From a virus, in IMG/VR virus record IMGVR_UViG_3300024187_000005, positions 1 to 40,321 of that record: a stretch of DNA of 40,321 nucleotides; one strand, given 5' to 3'. Positions 1-7,619 of this stretch are shown here, one piece after another. The translations under genes and the position numbers were made by a program. How positions within the stretch are numbered: the stretch's first letter is position 1; the number at the start of each line of letters is the position of its first letter. Below the pieces are notes generated by a model that was given only the letters and a program-made list of their open reading frames with translations, did no database searches and was not told the origin of the DNA.

Positions 1-127
1 GATGGGCACCGATGCGATCAACGCCGCAGCGGGGCGGCTGGCGGCGAACTCGAGCACGCCGGATACGACGGCTGGCGGGAACAGCATCAGCCCGTGGGCG
101 GTGGGTGCCGGCGCCGTGGGCGTTGGT
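1..127. repeat. Exact 127-bp copy of the window end (40195..40321): circular-closure overlap or terminal redundancy
   Basis: Base-by-base reading: gatgggcaccgatgcgatcaacgcc...gtgggcgttggt occurs at both 1..127 and 40195..40321. A reading frame runs through the junction without a stop. Confidence 0.95.
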
Positions 128-1342
128 GCCGGCGTCGGGCTCGGGATGCGGGCGCTCTCAAGCCCGGCCGGTCGCATCGCGGGTCAGCTTCTCGTCAAGC
201 AGATCCCCGGCATGCGCGTACCGATGGACCTCCACGACGCCTACCAGCAGATTCGCGCGCTTCGTGGCGGCGGTGCTCCGCCCGCTGCGACGGCTGCCGC
301 CCCGGCGCAGCCCGGCCCCACGCCCGGCACCGCCGAATGGCGCCTTGCCGAGGCGAAAGCGGCGCAGGCGGAGGCGCAGGCGGCCAAGATGGCGCACGAC
401 GCGCGTGCGGCTGCGGCGAAGGCTGACATGGTCCAGCAGCAGCAAGCCGCGCAAGCCGCTCAGGCGCAGCATGATACCCGTGCTGCCGCGGCTAAGGCCG
501 ACCTCGCGGAGAAGAAGCTGACCGAGCCGCCGCCCAGCCGGACCACCGAGAAGCCGTCACCCAAGCCCAAGCCGCGCACCACGCGGCCGCCAGCAAAGCC
601 CCCTGTGCGCCTCGTAGAGCCCGAGGCGGCTCCTGCGGCTCCCACGCCGGAGACGCGCCCGATCGACGTCCAGGGCAAGCCTGCGGCCGTCAGGGGCGCG
701 TCTCAGCGCGGGGTGAGCAAGCGGCTGCTCGCCCAGCGCCAGCAGGGCATGGCCGAGAGCCGGGTTGCCCCTACAGAGCCGGAGCGCGTGACGGGTCCGG
801 CCGTGCGGCTAAACGGGAAGGTTTACACTGATCCTAACGCTAAGATACACGCAGAGTTGTACGACCAACTGCCCGATGAAATTCCTGCCAATCAAGAGAT
901 TGAGCACGGATGGCAGACCAACAAGCGGTCATTCGTCGGTAGGGATGTCTCTGAGTCCCTGGGGGGTGAGGCGTTCGCCGGTAAACCGCAAATCAAGATC
1001 AATCCGCCAGGGTGGTCGGAGACTGCCGCGCCTGCCGAGGACGACCTCATGGCACGGTTGGCCGCCTCGCGGGACGTTGCAGCCGCCAGCCGGGCCCGCG
1101 GGGTGCCCTCGGGGGCCCTCAGGAAGGCGTTCGGAGGCGTGGCGGGCGAGGGCATGGCGGGCGGCGCGGTCGACGCGCTGGGCACGCTGGGGCTGCTCCT
1201 GAGCATCCCGTCGCTCCCGCAGCAGATCGACGACGCGCATCAGACCGTGACGGCCAAGTACATCCAGTTGCTACGGCGTCGGGGTCGCAACCGCGAGGCC
1301 GACATCCTCGAGCGTGGGCTGGCGCCGCAGGGGCCGTATTGA
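2..1342 (+). CDS. Ala/Pro-rich virion (internal/ejection-like) protein with two hydrophobic segments. The true ATG is at 40145, across the junction.
   Basis: The ORF is open to the window start and continues from 40145 (MPVVDIPGVGAVEFPDS-MGTDAIN...). Hydrophobic Gly/Ala segment PWAVGAGAVGVGAGVGLGM. Ala/Gln/Lys helical tract with internal duplication HDARAAAAKAD / HDTRAAAAKAD. Pro/Lys linker, then a second hydrophobic segment LGTLGLLLSIPSL. Lies between internal-virion-like genes and the tail fibre. Confidence 0.8.
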   Translation: MGTDAINAAAGRLAANSSTPDTTAGGNSISPWAVGAGAVGVGAGVGLGMRALSSPAGRIAGQLLVKQIPGMRVPMDLHDAYQQIRALRGGGAPPAATAAAPAQPGPTPGTAEWRLAEAKAAQAEAQAAKMAHDARAAAAKADMVQQQQAAQAAQAQHDTRAAAAKADLAEKKLTEPPPSRTTEKPSPKPKPRTTRPPAKPPVRLVEPEAAPAAPTPETRPIDVQGKPAAVRGASQRGVSKRLLAQRQQGMAESRVAPTEPERVTGPAVRLNGKVYTDPNAKIHAELYDQLPDEIPANQEIEHGWQTNKRSFVGRDVSESLGGEAFAGKPQIKINPPGWSETAAPAEDDLMARLAASRDVAAASRARGVPSGALRKAFGGVAGEGMAGGAVDALGTLGLLLSIPSLPQQIDDAHQTVTAKYIQLLRRRGRNREADILERGLAPQGPY

Positions 1343-3687
1343 GCCCGTTTACCACGCCGCGGCCGCGGGACGACATCAAGATCCACGGTCACACGGGCCC
1401 GAACGATGGCGGAAAGCTGCGGCTGAACGCCACGACCGACATTCCGGACCTGAGCGCCACCTACCTGACGGTCGCGGCCGCCGCGGTGACCTATCAGCCG
1501 CTCGACGCGGACCTGACGGCAATTGCCGCGCTCACGACCACCGCCTACGGGCGCAGCCTGCTCACGCTCGCGAACTCGGCGGCGCTGACGGCGGGCGTGG
1601 ACCTGTTCTCGAGTTCGCTCAAGGGTCTCGTGCCGGCGTCGGGCGGCGGGACGGCGAACTTCATGCGCGCGGATGGGACATGGGCCGTACCGCCCGGAAC
1701 CGTGGTCCCGCCGGTCACGAGCGTGTTCGGGCGCACCGGCGCGGTTGTGGCTGCAGCCAACGACTACACGTTCGCCCAGCTCGCGAGCATCCCGACCACG
1801 TTCGCCGGCTATGGCATATCGGACACGTCTGCCAACCTCAAGGCGGCGATAACGGATGAGACGGGCTCCGGTGCCTTGGTGTTCGCCACGAGTCCGACGC
1901 TCGTTACCCCGGCGCTCGGCACGCCCGCGAGCGGTGTGCTCACGAATTGCACTGGCCTGCCGGTGTCTACGGGTATCTCGGGATTCGCCTCTGGCGTGGC
2001 GACACTGCTCGCGACGTTCACGTCCGCGAATCTTGCTGCGGCGCTCACGGATGAAACCGGGACGGGCGCCAACGTGTTTGCCACGTCGCCCACGCTCGTA
2101 ACGCCGCTGCTTGGCACGCCGACCTCGGGCACGCTGACCAATTGCACGGGACTTCCGATCTCTACTGGCGTGTCGGGGATCGGCACTGGCGTCGCCACCT
2201 TCCTCGCAACTCCGTCATCCGCGAACCTCGCGGCCGCGATCACGGATGAGACTGGGAGCGGCGCACTCGTGTTCGGGTCGTCACCGACGATCGTGACCCC
2301 GACCATCGCGAGCTTCACCAATGCCACACACAATCACACGAATGCGGCGGGCGGCGGCCAACTCACGGCGGCGGCGTTCTCGTCGTTCAGCATGAGCGAT
2401 GCGACCTTCCGTATCGCTGGCAGTAGCGATGCGACCAAGCTGCTCGCGTTCGAGGTGGATGGCTTTACGACCGGCACCACGCGCACGCTCACTCCGCAGA
2501 ACGCCAGTTACACGATTGCCGGTCTAGAAACGACCCAGACCTTTAGTGGCGGAGCCACGTTTACGGGTGAGCTGACACAGATAAGCGGGTCCGGCGCCTT
2601 TTTCCAATCGACGAACAGCACGACTGTGCCCGTGACGATCTTGGGAAACACTGGCACCACGCAAAATCTACTCGAAGCGTGGCGCGACGGATCGGCGCTC
2701 GGCGGTGGCCCCGGCCACGTCTTTGGTTACAACGGCGATTACACGGCCTATAACACCGTCGGCGGTCTGTGGACTGTCGCGCCCGCAAACATTGGTGCGC
2801 ATGTCGGGACGATGGGATTCGTTGCGTTAACCGCGAACCGCAACTGGTTGCTCCCCAACGCCGCCGGAACGATCGCCTTGATTGACGCGACGCAGGCGGT
2901 CACAGGGCCGTGGACCATCAATAGCACGGCCGACGATAGCACGCTCGTGAAACTGCAGAGCCGGCTCAACAGTGTGTCGTCCAACAACGACTTTCTGGAC
3001 ATACCAGATACGGCATCGAGCACGAGCACGGGCTTTACGATGACGCTGGGACTGGCCACGGCGGGACTCACTGCCAACCGGCATATTGTGTTCCCCGACT
3101 CGACCGGCAACTTAGTGCTGACGGCGAGCACCGATAACCTGCAGAACAAAACGCTGGTACCTACCGGCGGCATCCGCTGCGGTACCAGTACCGCCAGCGG
3201 CATCAAGTTCCAGAACGGCAACAGCACGTCTCAGTTCATGATGCCGGACCTAGGGGCGCTCACCGGCCAGCGCAACATGAAATGGCCGGACGAGGCCGGG
3301 CAAATGTCGCTCACCGGCAACCAGGCGGTGACCTCAGGCGGCAACGCTACCGCCCGCGCTCCCGGCAAGGTAGACGTGACGGCGCAGAGCGCAGACTTCA
3401 CGAGCGCCCAACTTGTAACGTCGCCCACGGTGGGAATGTGGCGTATCTCCGGTTACCTCGAAGTCACCACGGCCGGGACCGGCACGCAGATCGTAACGTT
3501 TGGCTGGACCGACGACATCGGCGCAACCACCGATACCACGCTACAACTTCTGTCGACCGGAACGGGGCGCGTTTCGTTCTCGCGCATGATTCACGTCGCC
3601 AGCGGACATATCACGATTGCTGCGACGGGCATGACGTACACTACTGGGCGCTACGCGCTGCACGCTCGCGCCACGTTCATCGGATAA
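1339..3687 (+). CDS. Tail fibre protein (start uncertain)
   Basis: This is ORF 1012..3687 trimmed. The 1012..1338 part overlaps the previous gene and is Arg/Gly-rich shadow. An in-frame TTG at 1339 overlaps the upstream TGA (TTGA). The protein carries YQPLDADLTAIAAL and three copies of the module ANLAAAITDETGSGALVF.SPTLVTP.LGTP.SG.LTNCTGLP seen in many phage tail fibres. Confidence 0.8.
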   Translation: MSPFTTPRPRDDIKIHGHTGPNDGGKLRLNATTDIPDLSATYLTVAAAAVTYQPLDADLTAIAALTTTAYGRSLLTLANSAALTAGVDLFSSSLKGLVPASGGGTANFMRADGTWAVPPGTVVPPVTSVFGRTGAVVAAANDYTFAQLASIPTTFAGYGISDTSANLKAAITDETGSGALVFATSPTLVTPALGTPASGVLTNCTGLPVSTGISGFASGVATLLATFTSANLAAALTDETGTGANVFATSPTLVTPLLGTPTSGTLTNCTGLPISTGVSGIGTGVATFLATPSSANLAAAITDETGSGALVFGSSPTIVTPTIASFTNATHNHTNAAGGGQLTAAAFSSFSMSDATFRIAGSSDATKLLAFEVDGFTTGTTRTLTPQNASYTIAGLETTQTFSGGATFTGELTQISGSGAFFQSTNSTTVPVTILGNTGTTQNLLEAWRDGSALGGGPGHVFGYNGDYTAYNTVGGLWTVAPANIGAHVGTMGFVALTANRNWLLPNAAGTIALIDATQAVTGPWTINSTADDSTLVKLQSRLNSVSSNNDFLDIPDTASSTSTGFTMTLGLATAGLTANRHIVFPDSTGNLVLTASTDNLQNKTLVPTGGIRCGTSTASGIKFQNGNSTSQFMMPDLGALTGQRNMKWPDEAGQMSLTGNQAVTSGGNATARAPGKVDVTAQSADFTSAQLVTSPTVGMWRISGYLEVTTAGTGTQIVTFGWTDDIGATTDTTLQLLSTGTGRVSFSRMIHVASGHITIAATGMTYTTGRYALHARATFIG
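1828..2320 (+). repeat. About 2.5 tandem copies of a diverged 195-bp (65-aa) module inside the tail fibre gene
   Basis: Units start at 1828 (tctgccaacctcaaggcggcgataacggatgag), 2023 (tccgcgaatcttgctgcggcgctcacggatgaa) and 2218 (tccgcgaacctcgcggccgcgatcacggatgag). The period is exactly 195 nt. Confidence 0.85.
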
Positions 3688-3698
3688 AGGAGGGTCGC

Positions 3699-3983
3699 AT
3701 GGCACAGCGTCAGGTCAAAATTCAGGTGAATCCCCAACTCACGGACGAGACCATTTTCAACATCTCGATCAGCGTCAAGAACGACCTCGGGATCGACGAC
3801 GAGATCGCTACGTTCAACGACATCTCGCCGCTGTTATCGGTGTTCTCGACGCTGAGTCAGTGGTCCGAGCAGTTCACGTCCACGGGCGGCCGGTTCATGT
3901 GGACGTTCCAGAGCATGACGGCGAATGCCATGTTCGACTTCACCGACAGCCAGCAGCAGGGCGGCGGGGTGCTCGGTGGCTAA
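3699..3983 (+). CDS. Hypothetical 94-aa protein after the tail fibre (possible fibre assembly factor)
   Basis: ATG at 3699 preceded by AAGGAGGG with good spacing. MAQRQVKIQVNPQLTDETIFNISISVKN... No recognisable motif. Confidence 0.75.
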   Translation: MAQRQVKIQVNPQLTDETIFNISISVKNDLGIDDEIATFNDISPLLSVFSTLSQWSEQFTSTGGRFMWTFQSMTANAMFDFTDSQQQGGGVLGG

Positions 3984-4002
3984 GCCTGGCGGGATACAAT
4001 CG

Positions 4003-4161
4003 GTGGCCAGTGGTCATGCGCTGCGCGACCTCAAGGCCAAGGCGTACGACCTGATTGCGCGCATAGAGGCGCACCAAGCCGCGATCCGCGACCTCCAGCA
4101 ACAGTTGAACGACGTGAATGCGTCGATCGCCGCATGGGCCAAGAAAGAACCGAAGGACTGA
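4003..4161 (+). CDS. Small coiled-coil protein (52 aa), start uncertain
   Basis: GTG at 4003 in the frame of ORF 3925..4161. LRDLKAKAYDLIARIEAHQAAIRDLQQQLNDVNASIAAW is heptad-like. Weak SD. Fills the gap before the endolysin. Confidence 0.45.
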   Translation: MASGHALRDLKAKAYDLIARIEAHQAAIRDLQQQLNDVNASIAAWAKKEPKD

Positions 4162-4162
4162 C

Positions 4163-4582
4163 GTGGATCCCGTCTTGCGCGAGGAGCTGATACGTGACGA
4201 GGGGCTGCGCTTCGTCGCGTATCAGGACTCGCTCGGGTACTGGAGCATTGGCGTTGGACATCTGCTCGGAGATCTGCCAGTGCCGCCTACGTGTACGCTG
4301 GAGCAGGCGGATGCGTGGCTCGAGGCCGACGTCGCCGCGGCCGAGAAAGTCGTCGCGCGCGCCGCGGTGGTCGCACTCGATCCCGTGCGGCACCGGGCGC
4401 TCGTGAACATGGCGTTCAACCTCGGCAATCGGCTCACGCGGTTCAAGCGGTTCTTGTCGGCGCTGAACGCTCAGGAATGGGAGCGGGCGGGCGCTGAGAT
4501 GATACGCAGCAGGTGGGCGAAGCAGGTGGGCGCGCGCGCCACGCGGCTGCGCGGCATGATCGTGACGGGCCTTGCGCCGTGA
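4163..4582 (+). CDS. Endolysin, T4-type lysozyme (GH24)
   Basis: GTG at 4163 preceded by GAAGGA. LREELIRDEGLRFVAYQDSLGYWSIGVGHLLG aligns with the T4 lysozyme catalytic region ([26 protein letters not shown]). The spacing Glu-8aa-Asp-5aa-Ser/Thr is kept. Confidence 0.9.
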   Translation: MDPVLREELIRDEGLRFVAYQDSLGYWSIGVGHLLGDLPVPPTCTLEQADAWLEADVAAAEKVVARAAVVALDPVRHRALVNMAFNLGNRLTRFKRFLSALNAQEWERAGAEMIRSRWAKQVGARATRLRGMIVTGLAP

Positions 4583-4992
4583 TGTCGGACGAAGACCACA
4601 ATACCGTTGCCGTCGCACGGCTCGAAGCGCGCATCAAGGCGCTGGAGGATCTGTGCACCGTGCGCTTCGCGTCACAGGAGAGCGCCGTTACCACCGCAAT
4701 GGCGAGTGCCGAGAAAGCGGTGGTCAAGGCTGAGATGGCGTCTGAAAAGCGTTTCGAGAGCGTCAACGAGTTCCGCAACACACTGGCCGATCAGCAACGC
4801 AGTCTCATGCCGCGGACTGAAGCTGAGGCCCTGTTCAAAAACCTGGCCGAGAAGATCGAGTCGCTAAGCGTGACGGTGACCGCAATCGCCCCACGCCGCG
4901 AGGGTAGCCGTGAAGGATGGGGGTACGCTGTGGGGGTGGTGGGGCTGGTACTTGCAGCACTGGGCATCATTGCAGCGTTCCGTCAGCACTAA
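4582..4992 (+). CDS. Tail-anchored coiled-coil membrane protein in the lysis cassette
   Basis: ATG at 4582 overlaps the endolysin TGA (ATGA-type coupling). Helical N-terminal part (ARLEARIKALEDL..., NEFRNTLADQQ). Single C-terminal TM segment WGYAVGVVGLVLAALGIIAAF. Confidence 0.8.
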   Translation: MSDEDHNTVAVARLEARIKALEDLCTVRFASQESAVTTAMASAEKAVVKAEMASEKRFESVNEFRNTLADQQRSLMPRTEAEALFKNLAEKIESLSVTVTAIAPRREGSREGWGYAVGVVGLVLAALGIIAAFRQH

Positions 4993-5012
4993 AAGTGATT
5001 GCGGGGGGAGGA

Positions 5013-5249
5013 GTGACGGACAGGTCGGATCGCATATCGCTGAGCTGGCAGCAGCTCGCGTGGGGCATCGCGTCGCTCATCTCGATCGCTGCCAGTTACT
5101 TCTCGGTGATCGGCAAGATCGACCACCTGGAGAACGCCCTGAGCGCGTACTATACGAAGTCAGAGATCGACGCGATGGAGCGGCAGGCCGACACGATCCA
5201 CAACGGCTTCGATCGCAGGATCGAACGTCTCGAACAGAAGCGGAGGTGA
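5013..5249 (+). CDS. Type-II membrane protein, i-spanin-like (alternative GTG start at 4995)
   Basis: GTG at 5013 follows GGGGGGAGGA. N-terminal TM segment LAWGIASLISIAASYFSVIG, then a helical periplasmic part ending RIERLEQKRR. Position is within the lysis cassette. Confidence 0.65.
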   Translation: MTDRSDRISLSWQQLAWGIASLISIAASYFSVIGKIDHLENALSAYYTKSEIDAMERQADTIHNGFDRRIERLEQKRR

Positions 5250-5252
5250 GCG

Positions 5253-5438
5253 ATGTTTCAGAACGTGGTCGCTGCTTTTGTGGGATGCTTCGCGGCGATG
5301 GTCGTGCTTGCTGAGGTTGCGATATCAAACAAGTGGCTGAAATATCTCGTTGCGCTTTTCTTTGGCGCGTTGCTCGCGATAATTCTGGGACTGGTTCTTA
5401 ATTGGATGGTGGGCCTTATCAGCCACGCTCACACCTAG
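5253..5438 (+). CDS. Holin-like small membrane protein (two TM segments, 61 aa)
   Basis: ATG at 5253 preceded by GGAGGTGAGCG. Two hydrophobic segments (VVAAFVGCFAAMVVLAEVAI and YLVALFFGALLAIILGLVLNWMVGLI). Last gene of the rightward unit. Confidence 0.7.
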   Translation: MFQNVVAAFVGCFAAMVVLAEVAISNKWLKYLVALFFGALLAIILGLVLNWMVGLISHAHT

Positions 5439-5449
5439 ACGGCAAAGTC

Positions 5450-5473
5450 CGCGAGCGTGAGTTCCTGCTCGCG
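5450..5473. terminator. Hairpin at the convergent junction (possible bidirectional terminator)
   Basis: CGCGAGC (5450..5456) pairs with GCTCGCG (5467..5473) around a 10-nt loop, followed by the T-rich tctattatttt. Lies between the convergent genes ending at 5438 (+) and 5485 (-). Confidence 0.4.
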
Positions 5474-5484
5474 CAGCGCATCTA

Positions 5485-5910
5485 TTATTTTCGCCTAGCT
5501 TGGTACCTGCGGTACTCCCTTTCGCGGTGGCATGCACGGCAGTGTCTTTTCCCGAGTTTATCCGTGTACGTGTTCAGTGCATCGTATTCGTGACCGTGAG
5601 CGCACACAATAATCCGTGCGTTGTTTGCGCACGGCGATGTCCCACGAAGGATGTTGACTCGCATTGTCACGGCCTCCAAGTGTTCAGGGTTTACGCACGT
5701 CCGGTTCCTGCATAAATGGTCGAGCGTTAAGCCGTACGGAATCGGGCCGTGCAGCAGTTCGTAGACCACCCGGTGGGCTTGGCGATATTTCTTCTCGTGC
5801 CGCAAATGCCCATACCCGGTACTTGTTATGGCGCCGATCCATTGCCAGCATGTGCTGCTATTTGTCTGGCGGATTTTGTTCGCGACGTTCGTCGGCAGAA
5901 GATGCAGCAT
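5485..5910 (-). CDS. HNH homing endonuclease
   Basis: CWQWIGAITSTGYGHL...AHRVVYELLHGPIP.GLTLDHLCRNRTCVNPEHLE is the classic HNH_3-type motif set. Visibly AT-richer than the flanking DNA. Its 5' end overlaps the 3' end of the upstream gene by 53 nt. Confidence 0.9.
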   Translation of the reverse strand: MLHLLPTNVANKIRQTNSSTCWQWIGAITSTGYGHLRHEKKYRQAHRVVYELLHGPIPYGLTLDHLCRNRTCVNPEHLEAVTMRVNILRGTSPCANNARIIVCAHGHEYDALNTYTDKLGKRHCRACHREREYRRYQARRK

Positions 5911-6283
5911 TGTCGAAATCCTCTAGGGTTAGTTCTTGTTCCCTGAGTTGCCACAGCTTGCGCGTGCCGGCGGCGCCGGTCTTGGACCACGTCCACACTG
6001 CGAGCCGACCGCCGGCTTCCAGCCACACGCGCGCCCGCGGCTCGGCCAGCACTTTCTCGAGCCGAGCCGCGTGGTTAGCACCCGTGGACGCCTGGATCGC
6101 CAGGATGCCGTGCTGCGGGTGAAATACGACCAAGTCCACGACGTTGATGTAGTCGCGCGTGATCGAGAACTTTCCGCACGGGATGCGACGCTCGACCACG
6201 CAATCCTTGTCCGCGACGTAGCCGCGCTCGCGTAGCACTTCCAGCGACATCAGGGTCGGGCTCGCGACTCGGGCGTTGGTCAC
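5858..6283 (-). CDS. Hypothetical protein, possible PD-(D/E)XK-like nuclease fold
   Basis: GTG at 6283 overlaps the upstream TGA (GTGA). The pattern E..LRERGY...TRDYINVVDLVVFHPQHGILAIQAST loosely resembles restriction-endonuclease-like or resolvase cores. The function call is weak. Confidence 0.6.
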   Translation of the reverse strand: MTNARVASPTLMSLEVLRERGYVADKDCVVERRIPCGKFSITRDYINVVDLVVFHPQHGILAIQASTGANHAARLEKVLAEPRARVWLEAGGRLAVWTWSKTGAAGTRKLWQLREQELTLEDFDNAASSADERREQNPPDK

Positions 6284-6384
6284 GCCCTACCCCTTGCTGT
6301 GCGGTACGCCTTCCACGCGCGCACGGCTTCGCGCAGGAAGAAGCCGCAGCAGAGGCCGGCGAGGAACGTCAGTAGCGCGCTCAT
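6280..6384 (-). CDS. 34-aa membrane micropeptide
   Basis: MSALLTFLAGLCCGFFLREAVRAWKAYRTARGRA. Its ATG (6384) overlaps the upstream TGA (ATGA) and its TGA overlaps the downstream GTG (GTGA). One hydrophobic helix plus a basic tail. Confidence 0.6.
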   Translation of the reverse strand: MSALLTFLAGLCCGFFLREAVRAWKAYRTARGRA

Positions 6385-6578
6385 GGCAGATACCTCGCGT
6401 AGTCCCGCATCTCGCGACCGTCGCTGCCTCGCAGCAGAGCTACGATCTGTCTCCCGTCTGCAAGGTCTAGCACGCGCACGTAGCGACACCAGTCGGCGCA
6501 GTCGCAGCCCTCCATCGCGACCGGAAGATCCTGCGGCATCCCCCCAAGCGCCACGATCAACTCGCGGACGGTGATCAC
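6381..6578 (-). CDS. Hypothetical 65-aa protein
   Basis: GTG at 6578 overlaps the upstream TGA (GTGA). VITVRELIVALGGMPQDLPVAMEGCDCADWCRYVRVLDLADGRQIVALL... is non-shadow-like in composition. Confidence 0.65.
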   Translation of the reverse strand: MITVRELIVALGGMPQDLPVAMEGCDCADWCRYVRVLDLADGRQIVALLRGSDGREMRDYARYLP

Positions 6579-7063
6579 TCCGTCCCTGGCAGCGCGCGGA
6601 TGGCGGCGATGCTTGCTCCGCATCCTGCGCCGAAGTAGATGCGTCCATCGGGCGATTGCATGGATGGGCCGCGCTCTGCGGTGCGCTCGCAAGCACCGAT
6701 GCACGCCTCGCGCATCCGCTCCGCGCCGCGCTGCTCTGCCGCCCGCAGCGCCGCCTCGGCCTGCTCGGCGCGGGCTTTGAGTGCGCGCAGCAGATGCAGC
6801 CGCAGCGGTACGCCCTCTGGCGGTATAACCGTTTCCCATTCGGGGAACTCCGCTTGGAACATGCGATCTAGTTCGAGGCGCGACTCCTGAGCCTGCCGGA
6901 ACAGAGCCGCGTTGCGCTCACACGCCGCTTCCGCCTCGCACAGCTTGTCGACAATCACGAGCAGGTTCTCGCAGACGTAGTGAGTGTGGAACCGCTCGCC
7001 GTCGTTGACGGCATAGCCGGGCGCGAGTCTATGCTCGCCGCACTTGCATCGCTGCTCGCTCAC
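6575..7063 (-). CDS. Hypothetical Cys-rich / coiled-coil protein (162 aa)
   Basis: GTG at 7063 preceded by AAGGAGAA and overlapping the upstream TGA. CKCGEH...HTHYVCEN cluster, then a helical region. Confidence 0.75.
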   Translation of the reverse strand: MSEQRCKCGEHRLAPGYAVNDGERFHTHYVCENLLVIVDKLCEAEAACERNAALFRQAQESRLELDRMFQAEFPEWETVIPPEGVPLRLHLLRALKARAEQAEAALRAAEQRGAERMREACIGACERTAERGPSMQSPDGRIYFGAGCGASIAAIRALPGTE

Positions 7064-7317
7064 GTTGCGTTCTCCTTCTTGCGCGCCCGGATCGCGGCAG
7101 CGATACGCCGCCAGCAGGTCACGCCTCCCTCGCAATCGTCATCCTCGGCGTGATTGTCCGCAATCGCCGCGCACGCCTCGCGCTCGGCCTTCACGGCGGC
7201 AGCCTCGCGTTCCGCGCAGTACGCGAGCACGGCGTTGGCCATGCGGCGATAGTCGTCGACCGTCTCGCCGTAGAACGAGTCGGCCAGCATCCGCGCGACC
7301 CGGTCACGCTCGCTCAT
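7060..7317 (-). CDS. Hypothetical 85-aa protein
   Basis: ATG at 7317 overlaps the upstream TGA (ATGA). MSERDRVARMLADSFYGETVDDYRRMANAVLAY... Confidence 0.7.
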   Translation of the reverse strand: MSERDRVARMLADSFYGETVDDYRRMANAVLAYCAEREAAAVKAEREACAAIADNHAEDDDCEGGVTCWRRIAAAIRARKKENAT

Positions 7318-7619
7318 GACCGCGACTCCCACAGCGCGATCACCCGCTCGCGGGCGGCGTTTGCACGCTCCGGTGTATTGAAGCCGGCTCTGGTTTCTGG
7401 CGGCGTACGCCAGTACGACTCCACGGCACGCATGAGACTCGCGTACTCATCCAGCGCCGCGCAGAACTCCGCCTTGCGCTGCTCCGCGTCGCGTGCGGCG
7501 GCGGCGCGTTGTGAGGCCAGCGGACGCGGGACCGGATGGCACGCGCGAGCCTCGCACATGCAGGACGCGGCTCCGGGGTATAACTGAAACTCGCACTGCT
7601 CGTCGTGCTCGGGGGTCAT
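7314..7619 (-). CDS. Hypothetical 101-aa protein
   Basis: ATG at 7619 overlaps the TGA of the exonuclease gene (ATGA). MTPEHDEQCEFQLYPGAASCMCEARACHP... Confidence 0.7.
   Translation of the reverse strand: MTPEHDEQCEFQLYPGAASCMCEARACHPVPRPLASQRAAAARDAEQRKAEFCAALDEYASLMRAVESYWRTPPETRAGFNTPERANAARERVIALWESRS

Noticed and set aside
1012-1338. N-terminal 109 codons of ORF 1012..3687
   Set aside because: They overlap the well-supported gene 2..1342 in another frame, and the product is Arg/Gly/Pro-rich shadow (MVGDCRACRGRPHGTVGRLAGR...). The tail-fibre-like sequence only begins after 1342.
1339-3687. Diversity-generating retroelement targeting the tail fibre
   Set aside because: There is no reverse transcriptase anywhere in the genome. 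There is also no template/variable repeat pair with adenine-specific differences. The internal repeats are in-frame structural modules.
3925-4002. ATG 3925 as the start of the small coiled-coil ORF
   Set aside because: It would overlap the preceding gene by 59 nt, and the extra residues (MPCSTSPTASSRAAGCSVAKPGG) look like shadow. GTG 4003 is preferred, with low confidence.
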